Virus record (IMG/VR): IMGVR_UViG_3300045534_000027
Coordinates: 1 to 46,160 of that record
Length of the DNA: 46,160 bases
Direction: 5' to 3' (one strand)
Origin: a virus
Lineage: Duplodnaviria; Caudoviricetes
Both the position numbers and the translations under genes were made by a program. Each line of letters starts with the position of its first letter. The stretch's first letter is position 1. This document shows positions 28,160-36,805 of the stretch, piece after piece. The notes below the pieces were generated by a model. That model did no database searches. It was given only the letters and a program-made list of their open reading frames with translations, and was not told the DNA's origin.

Positions 28160-30595
28160 TTATCTTGGCTCAAACTCAGCCAAGTCAAATCCGTCAAGAC
28201 TATCCTCTGTTGATTCGAAATCTACAGGTGGTAGGTTGTTCTTACGCTGCTCAATCAGCTTTGACTGTGTTGTCGCCTGCTTCAATATTCTATTGTCCTT
28301 AGCCTTCTCCTTCATCTCGTCCTTCATAGTTATAGCCTGAGCCTCGACACCTTTAAGCTGCATATTCATCTGGTACTCAATATTCATAAGCTCCATCTTA
28401 AGCTGAGCTTCAGACTTCATCTTCTCTATCTCGTATCCAATCTCTGCCTGCTTGATCATCATCTTAGACTGTGTCTCTGCTTGAATTTGTTGCATAGCAT
28501 TCTGAGCAGCCATCTGCTGAGACTGAGCATTAATCTGAGCCTGCATCTGTTGAGCCTGCATAGCGTTCTGCTGATCCTGCTCTTGCTTCTTACGTCTCTT
28601 AAGCTTAAGCAACTGATTGGCAAGCTTAATGTTGTTTATCTCTCTAATATCTATAGCGTCCTCCAATGTTATTGCATCCCTTGAAAGTGCAACCTGAATG
28701 TTCTGCTCTAGCTTAGTCTTCTCCTCCTCGTCTGGAGACATCTCTATAAATATACCGAAGTCGTATATGTATATCTCCTTAATCTCTTCAAGAAGACTTA
28801 CATTGTACTTACCGATCTGCATAGCGAATGTCTCTGCAAAGTCAGAGTACTCTAATATATCAGCAACCCTGTACGATATAGCCTCAGCCAATCCCTTAGT
28901 TATGCTTAGACTTCCGTCTAGTATGTGTCTTGTGGCTGTGTTTGAGTTTGCCGCTGCAAGCTTCTGTAGACCAACCAAAGAGTTAGGATCTGGCATACTA
29001 CCATCCCTAGCCTCGTTCAATCCTGTCACATCTCTAATCATACTTAGGTAGTGGTTGTAACTTCCGATTAATGAAGCTATCTTACCCTGACCGCTGTTAG
29101 AGTTAAGCTCCTGAATAGGAACCCTTGCGTTATTAAACTCACCATCCTGGGTGTAGCTTCTACCGATAACACTACCAGTCTGGAAGTATAGTCTAAGCGC
29201 ATCCTCTGGATTGTATGCCGCCCCGTTACCCAAGTCGACCTCGTTAAGTCCATCGGCATCAATGAACACACCATCAGGTACAACCTTAGATATAACTTGC
29301 TGTAGTTTTAAGTGAGTAACCTGAATCAAGTCAGCAAATGGTATCATACGTCTAACCAATGACTCTATGTTACCCTTGTACATTCTTGGAGCTACCGCTA
29401 TATAGTTTGGAAGCGCGTGCTGAGATGATGACTTAGGTCTAACCATATTCTTGGAAAGCTCCCACTTCAACATAATGTTAGTACCCATCACCATAATACC
29501 ATCGTACCACACGTCGATAGTCTTCTCTACCTTCTCGAACTTACCGTCCTCCATCATCTCGTTAGGAGGGTTAAACGTGTCATCCTTCTGGATCATTCTA
29601 ACCCCACCTGTGTCTAGTACCTTTTTCTTGTAGACAAACTTCTTTGTTGTCTTGTAATTAACATAAAGAAGAGTGGCAGAGTCTCTACTAAACAAGCTGT
29701 TCTGATAGAACTGTGCGTTGTTATAATAGTTGTACCAAGACTGGCTATACTTTGAAATCTCTTCAAGCTGCTCGTTTGTAAGCGTAGGATCAATCTTAAG
29801 CAGTTCAGTGATAGCTACAGTCTTAATCTCTCCCCAGTAGAAGCAATCTCTAAAGTGTGGATCCTCTGTGTAGCTGTGAACTATATTGGCAGGATCTACG
29901 TAGTCAATCTGAACGCCACTTCCTGGTAGGAACTGGTGCTTAACTATACCCTTACCAAGTACGGCTAGGTCGTAGTCAACTCTGCTTCTTATGTCTGAGT
30001 ACTTGTTGTCCTCTAGTATCGTGTTAATTGCAGTCTCCTCAGCAATCTCTATCGCTGGCTTGTAGTTGATCTGCATAAATAGGTTAAGCTCCTCTGAATC
30101 CTGAGGCAGCTGATCAGCATTTGTATCAAACGCATCAACCCCAAAGCTATCCTTTATCTGATTCAGAATATCCTTAGATACCATATCGGTCTCTATCATA
30201 TCCTGATACTTGCTACGTCTCTCTGCAGATACTGCATCCTGAGCGTAAGCCTTAACTCTAAAAAGTCTGTCAGACATACCGTTAACAACGATATCGACAA
30301 ACTTTGGTATAATTGGAATCGGTGTCCAATCTAAATTTAAATGAGAAAGGTCACCATCTACTGATAACTCGTTCTTATACTTAGCAACTGATTGTTCTCC
30401 CCTTGCGTATAACCTAAGACGATGAAACTCACCCCACTGATTATAGAATTTACAGGTACCGCTGTCTCGTCTGAACCACTCGTATTGCACGGCTTGAGAG
30501 ATCTGAAGACCGTATTCGTATGTTGCTTTTTCTTTATCAGAAGCAAATTGACTTGGGAAACCTGCAGGATTAATGTTAATGGTTACATCCTTCAT
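28160..30595 (-). CDS. portal protein
   Basis: 811 aa directly after the terminase gene; IIPKFVDIVVNGM, IRDVTGLNEARDG, Gln-rich C-terminal barrel helix. Confidence 0.88.
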   Translation of the reverse strand: MKDVTININPAGFPSQFASDKEKATYEYGLQISQAVQYEWFRRDSGTCKFYNQWGEFHRLRLYARGEQSVAKYKNELSVDGDLSHLNLDWTPIPIIPKFVDIVVNGMSDRLFRVKAYAQDAVSAERRSKYQDMIETDMVSKDILNQIKDSFGVDAFDTNADQLPQDSEELNLFMQINYKPAIEIAEETAINTILEDNKYSDIRSRVDYDLAVLGKGIVKHQFLPGSGVQIDYVDPANIVHSYTEDPHFRDCFYWGEIKTVAITELLKIDPTLTNEQLEEISKYSQSWYNYYNNAQFYQNSLFSRDSATLLYVNYKTTKKFVYKKKVLDTGGVRMIQKDDTFNPPNEMMEDGKFEKVEKTIDVWYDGIMVMGTNIMLKWELSKNMVRPKSSSQHALPNYIAVAPRMYKGNIESLVRRMIPFADLIQVTHLKLQQVISKVVPDGVFIDADGLNEVDLGNGAAYNPEDALRLYFQTGSVIGRSYTQDGEFNNARVPIQELNSNSGQGKIASLIGSYNHYLSMIRDVTGLNEARDGSMPDPNSLVGLQKLAAANSNTATRHILDGSLSITKGLAEAISYRVADILEYSDFAETFAMQIGKYNVSLLEEIKEIYIYDFGIFIEMSPDEEEKTKLEQNIQVALSRDAITLEDAIDIREINNIKLANQLLKLKRRKKQEQDQQNAMQAQQMQAQINAQSQQMAAQNAMQQIQAETQSKMMIKQAEIGYEIEKMKSEAQLKMELMNIEYQMNMQLKGVEAQAITMKDEMKEKAKDNRILKQATTQSKLIEQRKNNLPPVDFESTEDSLDGFDLAEFEPR

Positions 30596-32872
30596 TTACT
30601 TTATTATTTCGCTATATCTTCCGTTGTTATTATATCTTGCAAATTTAATACTTATTTTCGAATCTTTTTTAACTGCTTGAAATGTGGATCTTTGCGTTGC
30701 CATTATGGCTAATCCTGAGCTAATTGCGGCATCAAACTTTGTCCTGTCGTTTATATCAAACTTAGCCCAGTCCTCAAGAGTCTTTGTAAAGTACATAGAG
30801 CCCATCTCATCTGGATCCCTGTACGTACCCTCTAGATCTAAACCTACGTACTTCTCTATATACGACTCAATTCCAGACGCGTGAGCGTGCTTAACATCCT
30901 CAGACGAGTTAGGAATACCCCCAAGCTCTTTCTCTGTCTTAGAGAGCTTGTGAGAGGGCTTGTCAGGTCTATTTAAAGAGAACGCCCTGTAACCCCTTGT
31001 CTTGAAGTGATACAGCAACCTCTGCTTGTTATTCTCTATAAGGACTGGCATACCGTAAAACACACACGCCATAAGTACGTCCTCAAAGAATATCTCTGCC
31101 GTCTGTGGTCTGGCTATATACTCAAGGAAGAACTCGTTGCTTGGCGCGTTGTCCATATTGAACTTAGTAAGTCCGTGAAGCGCTCCCTTAGATCCTCCAC
31201 CACCTACAGTTCCAGATATGTCGTACGGATCACATCCAAACGCTCCAATGTGCTCGTTGCCTGGATGCTTAACTCCGTTCCTTGTGATCACGTTATTCAT
31301 AAGCTGATTAGATGGAATCCAAGATACTAAGAATCTTCCCCTTACGTCTGGAGTCCATACAACTGTAGAGTCCTCCTTACCATCCTTCCAGTGGAACGAT
31401 CCCCTTGTAAGAACCCTGTCCTTTATAAGTGAGTCGTTGTAATCAACCTGCTGGTATATCTTTGTAAGGTTAAATATAGATGCCTTGCTCTCGTCTCTAA
31501 ACGCGTGACTCTCTGTCCTTGGGAACTGACGATAGAACTCGTTAAGTGCGTCAGGATCATTCTTAAGCGAGTCAACCTCATTCTCCCAGAAGTCAATAGC
31601 ACCTATCCTTATAGGTCTTCCGTCCACACCCTCTACTGGTTTATTAGGCTGTCTAAATACTGGCATACCGTACCTATCAATATAACCCTCGAAGTTCCAC
31701 TCCATAGGAATAAACAGAGCGTACAGTCCAGTCTTTGTCTGACCGTTTGCGTTCCTTGTTGTTATCTTTGAATCCTCGTACAGCTTCTTAAAGTTTCCAC
31801 CACCCTTCTCAAGGGCGTTTACCGTGGATCCCATCAGGCACTTTCCAATGATCTTGCTACCCAGACGAAGACAGGTCTTACGAACCCTCCATCCGTTTAG
31901 TATGTTATTTGGTTTCTCTAACTTTCCAGACTCGTCCTCAATGAGCAGCTTCAGCTTCTCACCGTCATACGAGTTGTCAGAGGTGTTACTCCAGTCGATA
32001 GACGTGTCCAACCCCTCAAGGTTAGAGTTGTCGCTCTCGTACATATTCTTCTTGGTAATCTTAGATGCTGGCACTCTATAGGCTAGCTCTGTCTTTGGCT
32101 TGTCCATACCGTCCATAATAGGCTTGAAGAAGAACGGGTAGTTGCTAGATATAGGCACGACCTTATCGGTAAACATCGCCTTGGCATCCCCTCCAGTCTT
32201 TGAGCATATCCCAATCCTTGCATTCTTTGCAAGTGTTGCCACATTTACGGACTCTGACGATGCCATAAATGAGAACCCAGAACGTCTGATCTTTAGGTAC
32301 GTCATTCCGAAGCACCTGTCGTCAGCCTTGCAAGCCTCCCAGAAGATAAAGAAGATTCTGTTAGCCTCACGGAAGTCTGGGTGACCTACGTCAATCTTTG
32401 TCCACTGAAGGTACATATAGTGACTCCCTGTTATGTATGTCGGCACTCCGTTGTTCATAAAGAACATACCGTCCTCGCGCCTTACGAACTCATTCTCTAT
32501 GTAGTCAACCCACTTAGCCTTGAAGTCCTTCTGCATCGTGTGCCACTGGAATATAGACTTTATATTGTGCAGCTCCTTTGGATATTCAGCCGCCTCCCAG
32601 TACTGTTTCTCCTTCTTTTCGTCCCTTTTATGCACAATATTTGGGACGAGAGGTAGCGCAATATTTAGTCCGTTTATGTTGTATATCTCGCCAATGGTTC
32701 CGTCCTTAGAGATTACAACTATGTCGTACTTCTCATTGTATCCGTACTCCCAAGACCTCTTGTTATTACCACCAGTAAGAATACCTGCTGGGATGAGGTT
32801 GTGAACTACGTTACTTAGACCTTCCCTCTGCAAATCCTTTGATTGTAGGCTCCTTTGTTTTTGACTCTCCAT
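30596..32872 (-). CDS. terL: terminase large subunit
   Basis: Walker A-like KIRRSGFS, Walker B LIEDESGK, GST coupling motif, nuclease GCDPYD, terminal FDAAIS; start may be TTG at 32833. Confidence 0.9.
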   Translation of the reverse strand: MESQKQRSLQSKDLQREGLSNVVHNLIPAGILTGGNNKRSWEYGYNEKYDIVVISKDGTIGEIYNINGLNIALPLVPNIVHKRDEKKEKQYWEAAEYPKELHNIKSIFQWHTMQKDFKAKWVDYIENEFVRREDGMFFMNNGVPTYITGSHYMYLQWTKIDVGHPDFREANRIFFIFWEACKADDRCFGMTYLKIRRSGFSFMASSESVNVATLAKNARIGICSKTGGDAKAMFTDKVVPISSNYPFFFKPIMDGMDKPKTELAYRVPASKITKKNMYESDNSNLEGLDTSIDWSNTSDNSYDGEKLKLLIEDESGKLEKPNNILNGWRVRKTCLRLGSKIIGKCLMGSTVNALEKGGGNFKKLYEDSKITTRNANGQTKTGLYALFIPMEWNFEGYIDRYGMPVFRQPNKPVEGVDGRPIRIGAIDFWENEVDSLKNDPDALNEFYRQFPRTESHAFRDESKASIFNLTKIYQQVDYNDSLIKDRVLTRGSFHWKDGKEDSTVVWTPDVRGRFLVSWIPSNQLMNNVITRNGVKHPGNEHIGAFGCDPYDISGTVGGGGSKGALHGLTKFNMDNAPSNEFFLEYIARPQTAEIFFEDVLMACVFYGMPVLIENNKQRLLYHFKTRGYRAFSLNRPDKPSHKLSKTEKELGGIPNSSEDVKHAHASGIESYIEKYVGLDLEGTYRDPDEMGSMYFTKTLEDWAKFDINDRTKFDAAISSGLAIMATQRSTFQAVKKDSKISIKFARYNNNGRYSEIIK

Positions 32873-33083
32873 TGATTAACTCCTTCTCTAATTCGATTCG
32901 ATTAAGTATTTGAAAGGCATCCTCTATTGCAAGCCTCTTGGTAGCGGCAGCGTTCTTAAGTTTATCTGCCGTCAGGTCTGTCTCGTCTCCAGTAATAATC
33001 TTATCCTCAGCGACCTTTATAAGCTCATCAACAGCCTTGTATCCAGCCTCGATGATTCTCTTTTTTATATCCGTTAGTTCCAT
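32811..33083 (-). CDS. putative terminase small subunit
   Basis: 90-aa helical protein directly upstream of and overlapping terL. Confidence 0.5.
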   Translation of the reverse strand: MELTDIKKRIIEAGYKAVDELIKVAEDKIITGDETDLTADKLKNAAATKRLAIEDAFQILNRIELEKELINGESKTKEPTIKGFAEGRSK

Positions 33084-33640
33084 TTGATTGTAATATTTTT
33101 AGTGAACATCCTGTACAGTTTCTCTCCGTCAATGTTAAACTCGTACTCGCTGTCTGGCTCGAACGAAACCTCGTCACCTTCTACAACTCCTAACTCTCTA
33201 AGTTCATCGTTTGAGTACTTGACAACTCCAATAAGCGGCTCGTATACGCCACCCTTGCTTATGTATGACTCACGTGTCTTCACTGGTTTTATAAAGCAGT
33301 ACTTAGAGTGTGTCCTCCACTCACCGTTGTGGTTGTACATAAAGTACTGGTCCTCATCGACAAAGAAAAGGTCGTCCTTCAAGAAGCTTGTTCCGCTCCT
33401 CTCCTTACCCTTCATGTCGTAGTAAATCTTAAACGTGTTGTGGTGAACTAGAAGTATGTCACCGACACAGATGTCGCCAACATAGTTATTTGGGACTGAC
33501 ACAACCTCGGCAAACCTGTTTGTTGCCGTGTGGTCCTCCTGAGATACACTGGTTATAAAGTTGATATCGCCTATCTTCTTTATATTGTCGTACCTCCTAC
33601 CGTTTGTAGGTCTAACGACAAAGTAAAATGGCGATTTCAT
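33074..33640 (-). CDS. tandem GroES-like (co-chaperonin-fold) protein
   Basis: Two repeats: FVVRP...AEVVSVP...VGDILL and CFIKPV...GVVKY...EGDEVSFEPDSEYEFNIDGEKLYRM. Confidence 0.6.
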   Translation of the reverse strand: MKSPFYFVVRPTNGRRYDNIKKIGDINFITSVSQEDHTATNRFAEVVSVPNNYVGDICVGDILLVHHNTFKIYYDMKGKERSGTSFLKDDLFFVDEDQYFMYNHNGEWRTHSKYCFIKPVKTRESYISKGGVYEPLIGVVKYSNDELRELGVVEGDEVSFEPDSEYEFNIDGEKLYRMFTKNITIKWN

Positions 33641-33867
33641 TAGAAGTCAATATTATTCTCTGTAGATATAGGCATATTAGCATTAAACTTCTTCCACTTC
33701 TTAATCTCGTCATCCTTCTCGATCCAGATCTCAAAATCTCCAGTGCTTTCATTTATTCCGATATGATTTATCCTATGGCTACCACTAAGAACATCCTGAC
33801 CTACTATGTAGTGCATAGCGCCATTCTTATAGTCAGCGCCAACTGATATCTTTCTTATTATATCCAT
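33640..33867 (-). CDS. hypothetical protein
   Basis: 75-aa ORF coupled to the next gene. Confidence 0.7.
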   Translation of the reverse strand: MDIIRKISVGADYKNGAMHYIVGQDVLSGSHRINHIGINESTGDFEIWIEKDDEIKKWKKFNANMPISTENNIDF

Positions 33868-33881
33868 TCGATTTGATTTAT

Positions 33882-34631
33882 TTAATTGTAAACTAATATC
33901 TCAACATTTACTATTGCTGAACTAAAAGGTATAAATTGTGTATTGTTATCTGTTCTTGCTGAAATATAATTTATAACAGATGTGGACTGTATAAAAGGAT
34001 TGAAAGAAACAACTACTCCACTTCCATAATAAGTGGTAGACGTAGCAAATGTTTTAGATGTGGTAAATAAGGCACTTGAGGTGCACGTTATAAACCCACC
34101 GCTATATGCCCACGTAAGACTACCACCTAAATTATTTTCGTGAACGGTAACATTTATTACTCCTGATTGAAAATTTAACGAAGCTCTATATGCTTTATAT
34201 AATAAAACAGCTGTTCCTTCAGGTCCTTGAGGTCCAATTGGTCCTGCAGGTCCTGTTGGTCCTACAGCACCCTGAGATGCTAATAATGCCCAGTGTGTTG
34301 GATCAACATCTGGAGCAGTTGTTCCTGAAGTAGCCAATATACAGAACCAAGACGCACCATCATACCCTACAGCATCGTCTGCTACGTAAGACGTTCCAGA
34401 TACCCACTCACCCTGCCACTCTAAACCAGCAGGTCCGACAGGTCCTTGAGGTCCAGTAGGTCCAGTATTTCCTTGAGGTCCAACAGGTCCCTGATTTATA
34501 TCGCCTATAAGATCGATAATACTCCCGATACTAAAGTTCTTAGTAACGTCAGAGCTGTTTACATCTGTACCGATTAATATATCATCCTCTGTAGGATTCG
34601 AAATTATAGGATATTCGCTAATTTTTGTCAT
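33882..34631 (-). CDS. collagen-repeat fibre protein with a CBM5/12-like Trp-rich domain
   Basis: Two (Gly-X-Y)n tracts flanking WQGEWVSGTSYVADDAVGYDGASW. Confidence 0.75.
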   Translation of the reverse strand: MTKISEYPIISNPTEDDILIGTDVNSSDVTKNFSIGSIIDLIGDINQGPVGPQGNTGPTGPQGPVGPAGLEWQGEWVSGTSYVADDAVGYDGASWFCILATSGTTAPDVDPTHWALLASQGAVGPTGPAGPIGPQGPEGTAVLLYKAYRASLNFQSGVINVTVHENNLGGSLTWAYSGGFITCTSSALFTTSKTFATSTTYYGSGVVVSFNPFIQSTSVINYISARTDNNTQFIPFSSAIVNVEILVYN

Positions 34632-34866
34632 CTGTTATTTCTCCTGTTTCTAAGTTTATCTTTACGTTACCGTACTTCTCTAATAAGTCAGCCTCTATTG
34701 ATTTAAATTCAGATGATAACTTATCTAAGTCATTAAATACTAAGTTCTTCTGAGATTGGATATTGCGATTTGCAATCTCTAAATCTGCCAACTTTGCTCT
34801 AAGATCTACGAAGCTCTTATTTAAATCTCTTAATGTTTCTAACTCTTGTTTTTCTATTGCTTTCAT
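34618..34866 (-). CDS. coiled-coil hypothetical protein
   Basis: 82 aa, heptad pattern, C-terminal KYGNVKINLETGEI. Confidence 0.7.
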   Translation of the reverse strand: MKAIEKQELETLRDLNKSFVDLRAKLADLEIANRNIQSQKNLVFNDLDKLSSEFKSIEADLLEKYGNVKINLETGEITDDKN

Positions 34867-34882
34867 TTTATTAAATTTTTTA

Positions 34883-34890
34883 CAAAGATA
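34883..34890 (-). promoter_or_regulatory. Bacteroidota -7 promoter element (TATCTTTG)
   Basis: Consensus match 16 nt upstream of the ATG at 34866. Confidence 0.75.
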
Positions 34891-34900
34891 TAAAATTATA

Positions 34901-35248
34901 TTATCTTTTCTTTAGAAAGTATTTCATATCGTTCAGCACTAGAAGCGTTGATATAACACACGTGCTAATCATCAGCCACTTTATATCTGGAAGCCAAAGA
35001 CTAAATAATCCTCCTGCAAATGTGCCGACAGCGGTCCTTACTATATCCATAACGTCAAAGTAAGACTTTATAATTACCGCCTGAGCCCACTCCCAAAAGA
35101 ATCCTATCATTGCACCTATAAATGCAGATGCTATAGGAACACCTATAATTTTTCCGTCAAGTGTAAATTCCGCAAAATCTGTAACGCTGCCAATTAAATA
35201 CATAATCGCAAAACCGATAAAAATGTGAAAGCTGTCTCTTAATTTCAT
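34901..35248 (-). CDS. multi-pass membrane protein
   Basis: About four hydrophobic segments; H...WE..Q...D..DI..T..G pattern. Confidence 0.65.
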   Translation of the reverse strand: MKLRDSFHIFIGFAIMYLIGSVTDFAEFTLDGKIIGVPIASAFIGAMIGFFWEWAQAVIIKSYFDVMDIVRTAVGTFAGGLFSLWLPDIKWLMISTCVISTLLVLNDMKYFLKKR

Positions 35249-35250
35249 AG

Positions 35251-36507
35251 TTAAATATTATATGATGCTATTTGTCCGCCAGTTGTTGCCACTGTACTAG
35301 CATTCTGTAATCTATCTCCAATACTGTTAGCTGTGAAACCACTTGATATTAAGTAGTTCCAGAAGTCTGCTGGTGTCATTAATAATGTTCCCACTGTAGC
35401 ATCTGTTCCAACACCCTGTAATACATTGGAAGGTGATGGAACAATTAATGTTCCTGTAAGTTCATTTGATGCCCCATAAGTAGTACCAAATCTTACATTG
35501 TTTGTTGCGGGATTTCCTAAGGCTACACCTGCTGCATATAATGTTCTGTTACCGCCTGTGCTTATTTGAAACAACCAAGTTGATGTATTTGTGTCTATTG
35601 TTACTCTTGGTGCTACAATAGCCATATTATTAGTTGAATTAACTACATTGCCTGACACCTTTACAAAAGTACCCGAACTATATCCCGAGCCAAGCGCAAA
35701 GGCAGAATATATCGCAGGCGCTCCTGTATTTGCTGTAATTATTCCTGTTATTGAAATTGTCGCAGCAGTTGTTACGTTACAAATTGCAGGTTGTGCTGTT
35801 GATGCGTTTACATTTCCTATTTGATTATAAGTAACTGCTCCAGCTAAATAAATAGCGGTTGTTGTATTAGCGGTTGTGTTTCCAGTTATATTTAAAGTTC
35901 CCGAACTTGCATTAATAGTCCCCGAACCTAAAACAGAACTTGTTGACGATGTAATATTACCAGTTATATTTATAGTTCCTACAGTAGCCATAGATATAGT
36001 ATTAACACCTCCTAAACCTCCTGTATATGTAGAAGAAATATCCCCAACAATATTAAGAGTACCAGTTGAAGTTACTGATAAAATATTTCTTGCACCTGTA
36101 CCATCTATATTATAATTTCCATTACAATTTAAAATACCACTACTTGATAGTCTAATTGCATTATAAGACCCAGTTGAAGTCATTGTCAATACACTACCAT
36201 TAAAAGTAGCAGTATTTGGACTTGCTAAAGTCATTTCTAAAGTTGGAGTAGTTGAGCCAACAAAAATAGCTTGTGCAGCAGTACAAGTTAAGTTGCCATT
36301 ATTAGCAAATCTAAATTGACCTCCTGCTGCAATAACAGGGGCTGATGCATTTGATGTATTTCTTATTGATAGCACTGTAAATGTTCCATCAATAGTTACA
36401 GTAAAGTTATTAGAGAATACATCATCTGCTGCTGTTGGTAATGTACCACCATCCCAAGTTGCTGTATTGCTCCAATTACCAGTTGCTACTGCATATCTTA
36501 AAGCCAT
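35251..36507 (-). CDS. beta-helix-like tail/fibre-associated protein
   Basis: N-terminal ATGNWSNTATWDGGTLPTAADDV, repeated GTxNITGN units, AT-rich. Confidence 0.65.
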   Translation of the reverse strand: MALRYAVATGNWSNTATWDGGTLPTAADDVFSNNFTVTIDGTFTVLSIRNTSNASAPVIAAGGQFRFANNGNLTCTAAQAIFVGSTTPTLEMTLASPNTATFNGSVLTMTSTGSYNAIRLSSSGILNCNGNYNIDGTGARNILSVTSTGTLNIVGDISSTYTGGLGGVNTISMATVGTINITGNITSSTSSVLGSGTINASSGTLNITGNTTANTTTAIYLAGAVTYNQIGNVNASTAQPAICNVTTAATISITGIITANTGAPAIYSAFALGSGYSSGTFVKVSGNVVNSTNNMAIVAPRVTIDTNTSTWLFQISTGGNRTLYAAGVALGNPATNNVRFGTTYGASNELTGTLIVPSPSNVLQGVGTDATVGTLLMTPADFWNYLISSGFTANSIGDRLQNASTVATTGGQIASYNI

Positions 36508-36509
36508 AA

Positions 36510-36800
36510 TTAAAGATTTTTTTCGTTAATAAATGTCTGCAATGCACCCATAATTGATATTGCTGCATTAATAGCATCTGTGTCTCCACTTTCAAAAACA
36601 TCCATATATGTTATAGGAATAGAATTATCGGGAAGACTTTCACTGCTGCCATCTTCTATCACTCTATAAGGCGTTAATCTCATAGCTACGCTTCCACCTA
36701 TATCAGTTGGTTTAACCAATGGTGATATTGCTAAATTAATCATAAAATATGGATATGTATTTCCATCTACTTCAATCGGGTTGTTACTTGTAATTGGCAT
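36510..36800 (-). CDS. hypothetical protein (possible fibre assembly protein)
   Basis: 96-aa ORF between fibre genes. Confidence 0.6.
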   Translation of the reverse strand: MPITSNNPIEVDGNTYPYFMINLAISPLVKPTDIGGSVAMRLTPYRVIEDGSSESLPDNSIPITYMDVFESGDTDAINAAISIMGALQTFINEKNL

Positions 36801-36805
36801 AATTT

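Noticed and set aside
28480-28600. CTG/TGC-rich repetitive stretch in the portal gene
   Set aside because: It encodes the usual Gln/Ala/Met-rich C-terminal helix of podovirus portals
34215-34495. GGTCC-periodic repeats
   Set aside because: Collagen Gly-Pro-X coding repeats; not CRISPR, as there are no unique spacers
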